DNA of 63,504 bases, the filler included, from Eremomyces bilateralis CBS 781.70 (Eukaryota): assembly GCA_010015585.1 (NCBI GenBank). It is 5 parts of 4 records of this genome, joined end to end, with 100 filler letters (N's around TTAATTAATTAA, not from the genome) between each part and the next. Parts side by side here need not be neighbours in the genome. Positions count along the whole stretch, not along the records: positions 58,297 to 62,304 come from ML975167.1; positions 62,405 to 63,504 come from ML975169.1; 3 more parts are not named here. The stretch is one strand, 5' to 3'. The translations under genes and the position numbers were made by a program. Position 1 is the first letter of the stretch, and each line of letters starts with the position of its first letter. Below the pieces are notes generated by a model. That model was given only the letters and a program-made list of their open reading frames with translations. It had not been told where the DNA came from and made no database searches. Shown here one piece after another: positions 60,032 to 63,504 of the stretch.

Positions 60032-60146
60032 TACAAACTCAACCGGCAATGTCAATCCGCAGTTGAACATTTCAGGTCTTTCTGATGCATCGCAACGTGA
60101 CAGGATTGGTACTAGCTGCCGAACTCTTGCTCCGCTAGCAAGGCCT

Positions 60147-62304
60147 ATGGCGGGCGTTACTCAAGACATCAGCAGCGTGCTCATCGACAACCATTCAGGA
60201 GCCGCGGTCGGTACCTTCCACGCACCAGTATATATAGGGAGAAACGAAAGCAAGTATATATAGCGGTTCGCTATAAGGAAGCTAACCTGTCTCCTAGATC
60301 TGAACGATGTGCTCAACTCGCTGCCTGCCGCTGCAGACGCGCCGTTCAATGCATACCAGCGACGACACGACCAGACCTGCCTTCCCGACACACGCGTCGA
60401 CCTTCTTCGAGACATATACAGCTGGGCTGACGGACAAGACGAGCGATGCATTTTCTGGCTAAACGGCCTGGCCGGCACGGGGAAGTCGACAATTGCGCGC
60501 ACCGTGGCCCGTAGATACCTCGACCAGAAGCGGCTCGGAGCCAGCTTCTTCTTCTCCCGAGGCGGTGGAGATGTCAGCCACGCAGGCAAGTTCGTGACGA
60601 GCATTGCATTGCAGCTGGCGAGCAGTGTACCCTCTTTCGACCAGTGCATTTGCGATGCCATCAAAGAGCGCCGCGACATCGCGAGCCAGTCCCTGCGCGA
60701 TCAGTGGCAGCAACTCGTCCTGCGTCCAGTGTCGAAGCTGAGCGAAAGCGGTGGCCAGATCTCATACATCCTCGTCATTGATGCGTTAGATGAGTGCGAA
60801 ACTGATAATGACATCCGGACTATCGTACAGCTTTTGAGTGAAGCTCGATCGTTAAAGGCAGTTCGATTGCGAGTCTTCCTTACTAGCCGGCCTGAGATTC
60901 CAATTCGACACGGCTTCCAGAAGCTTTTGGATACCGAGCACCAGGATTTTGTACTCCATAACATATCCCGATCGACTGTTGATCAAGACATCTGCACCTT
61001 CCTAGAACACAGCTTTGAACTCATCGCCCAAGAACGATCCCTAGCCGCTGGCTGGCCAGGACAAGAGATCATCAAGCGCCTTGTCCATAGTGCTAGCGGG
61101 CTGTTTATCTGGGCGGCAACCGCATGCCGCTTTATTCGCGAAGGGAAACGTTTCGCTTTAAAGAGACTGAATATTATTCTGGAGAATAGTAGCATTGGTG
61201 TCAACGCGGCGGAGAAGCATCTCAACGAGATCTATACCACTGTTCTCCGCAGTTGCATTTCTCCGGAGTATTCATACGAAGAAGCAGAAGAGTTACTATC
61301 ACTACTGAAAAGCCTGCTTGGAAGCATTGTGACGCTGCTTTCTCCACTTTCGACGCAGTCCTTGAGCAAGCTACTTAGCACAGCGCAAGGCGAAGTGGAC
61401 CAAACACTGGATGATCTACATGCCATTCTTAGCATTCCAAAAGATCCAGCCCTTCCACTTCGTTTACATCATCCCTCATTCCGGGATTTCCTTTTCGGAA
61501 AGTCGAGATGCGAAGAGTTTTGGGTGGACGAGAAGCAAGCGCATCAAGTATTAGCCGACAGGTGTATGCAGCTTATGGCGACATCGCTTAAGCAAGATAT
61601 CTATGGCGTGGAAGCTCCCAACATTCTTATAGCCGATGCCGAGAGAAGTCGGATTGAGCGGAGTCTTCCTCCTGAAGTACAGTACGCCTGTCGCTACTGG
61701 ATCGATCATGTTCAAAAGAGCGGCACTCAGCTTTGCGAAAATGGCCAAGTGCACCGCTTTTTAAAGGGGTATTTTCTTTACTGGCTCGAGGCGCTGGGAT
61801 GGATGGGGAAGATCTCTGATGGTATACATGCTATCGCGGCTTTAGAGTCGTTTGTTTCAGTTAGTATATGTCTAGCTTAGGGAAAGTTCTCGCTAATAGT
61901 TCGGATAGTCTAGTAGTTGCCCGGCTCTCTGGAGCTTCCTCCACGACGCGAAGCGGTTCGTGCTGTACAATCGGCGGGCGATCGAGCAGGCTCCGCTTCA
62001 GACGTACAGTAGTGCGCTCGTATTCGCACCAACATCGAGCATAATAAGAGAGAATTTTAAGGGTTGCATACCTAGATGGATGCGAGTGTTGCCGAAGGTG
62101 GAGGAGAAATGGATTGCGGTGCTGCAGACGCTCGAGGGCCATTCGGACGTCGTCGAGGCCGTAGCCTTCTCGCCGGACGGCAAGACGCTGGCGTCGGCAT
62201 CGCGCGACGAGACGGTGAAGCTGTGGGACGCCGGGTCGGGCGCGCTGCAGCAGACGCTCGAGGGCCATTCGGGCGTCGTCGAGGCCGTAGCCTTCTCGCC
62301 GGAC
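60147..62304 (+). CDS. NACHT-WD40 NLR without N-terminal effector domain, cut by gap
   Basis: [55 protein letters not shown], then near-identical 126-bp WD40 repeats. GC-AG intron 60250-60297 and a GT-AG intron at about 61860-61908. Confidence 0.93.
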
Positions 62305-62404
62305 NNNNNNNNNNNNNNNNNNNNNNNNNNNNNNNNNNNNNNNNNNNNTTAATTAATTAANNNNNNNNNNNNNNNNNNNNNNNNNNNNNNNNNNNNNNNN
62401 NNNN
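62305..62404. other. Artificial contig linker
   Basis: Same 100-bp structure. Confidence 0.98.
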
Positions 62405-63361
62405 GTAGATCTGGGGCAATTCCCGTTGATAGGTATTAGCTCTTCCCCGCAATGATTCTCGGGTAATTATCATAACCTAGGAAGCAGGAAGAGGGACAAT
62501 AACAGAAAAGATAGGGATGACGGTGATGAACAGTAACTAGTACTTAGTAGGTTGACAGTTGACTCGATTAAGGCTAAAGAATGAAAATCCATTGCAAGAT
62601 TCAAGTACGATGACTCGATGACATCGGAAATAAACCGGACAGGTCCAATCGTTGGACAACGGATGGAAGGAAGCGAGATACTTTAACCTACGAGTTAAAC
62701 AAATATTGTACAATGGCGATGTGCACAAATTGGGGTTAGCCCAACCAGATCTATGATTCTCTAACCCTGTTTCACGGCACAATGGCTATAGACAATAGTA
62801 AAATCGGTGTTCACAGCCATCATGATGAAGTTATCAATTGAGGTTGAAGTGGGATCTGAGGCGGAGATAATGGCACGGCCAACCATATTATATTATAACG
62901 ACCAACCATGACGACCGCGTCGCATCCTCATCACGTGCACCTCATGAGCATCTGAGTATTAGTCCTATTCTCGCGAACAGAACTGGAACAAGTTTCATTT
63001 CCCGTTCATGCTGTTGATTGCAAACCCAAACCACTGTATTTTTCCGTCCATTACATCAGTATATAATCTCCAAGGGGGTTATTGCCATCTATGAATCCCT
63101 GCCGACTGCATCTGGTAATGTCGATGCGACAGACGCAGATAGTATACCATTTACATTCCACCCCTTTTCCGCTGTGGATGTCTCTGGTCTAGGAGCAACG
63201 CTGGAAAAGCGTGCGTTGGGTTTCAGTATCTGTGGTATTCACGCACACGGGCCGACAATGAGTCTAATTAGTTTATTCTCTGTATTGTATTAGTGGCCTA
63301 TCTTGGCTTGTTTAGCATCTTCCCATGATGCCATCACCATCCATTAAACCCTTTCAGCACT

Positions 63362-63504
63362 CTACGTGCTTTCCGAACTTTCAGCATGCTTCTCCCCTTC
63401 CATGTGCATAGCGCCAGGTTTCTCATCGTGATGGTCTTCAATGATGTTCCCATGAATGTCAATTTCGCGCCGATATACCGCGACATCGTCTGTGTCGCCA
63501 AAGA
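63362..63504 (-). CDS. C-terminal tail of a probable MFS sugar porter (partial)
   Basis: FGDTDDVAVYRREIDIHGNIIEDHHDEKPG...ST* resembles the cytosolic tail that follows PETK...LEE..FGD in fungal sugar porters. Confidence 0.55.
   Translation of the reverse strand, partial: FGDTDDVAVYRREIDIHGNIIEDHHDEKPGAMHMEGEKHAESSEST

Noticed and set aside
63018..63293. ORF with LEKRA (Kex2-like site), possible secreted peptide
   Set aside because: Non-ATG start, no signal peptide and no convincing exon structure.
1..63504. tRNA, rRNA or telomeric repeat arrays
   Set aside because: None recognised by eye; tRNAscan-SE and Infernal were not run, so small RNAs cannot be excluded.

Overview
Filamentous ascomycete (Pezizomycotina) nuclear DNA with short spliceosomal introns and RIP-like C>T damage in repeats. 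The window is five contigs joined by four artificial 100-bp N/TTAATTAATTAA/N linkers (30849, 51014, 58197, 62305), so adjacency across them means nothing. Contig 1 runs: HET-NB-ARC-TPR NLR, a decayed PIF1 helicase (Helitron-like) with an F-box gene bracketed by repeated 30-bp motifs, a core block (DAD3, MRPS5, TRM2, large PPR protein, ERG8, UBL3/MUB-like, UMP1, HMG-box protein, CKB1), a relic DUF3435 (Starship captain-like) recombinase and the tail of a WD40 NLR. Contig 2 holds a PSP1-domain gene with a hAT in its last visible intron, a PNUTS/Ppn1-like gene and SLY1, with hAT halves at both ends. Contig 3 is a secreted lipase among nested hAT, LINE and Gypsy elements. Contig 4 is a Tc1 element just upstream of an effector-less NACHT-WD40 NLR with a short amyloid-like N-terminus and a GC-AG intron. 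Contig 5 ends in a sugar transporter tail. All family calls come from manual motif recognition; no searches were run.
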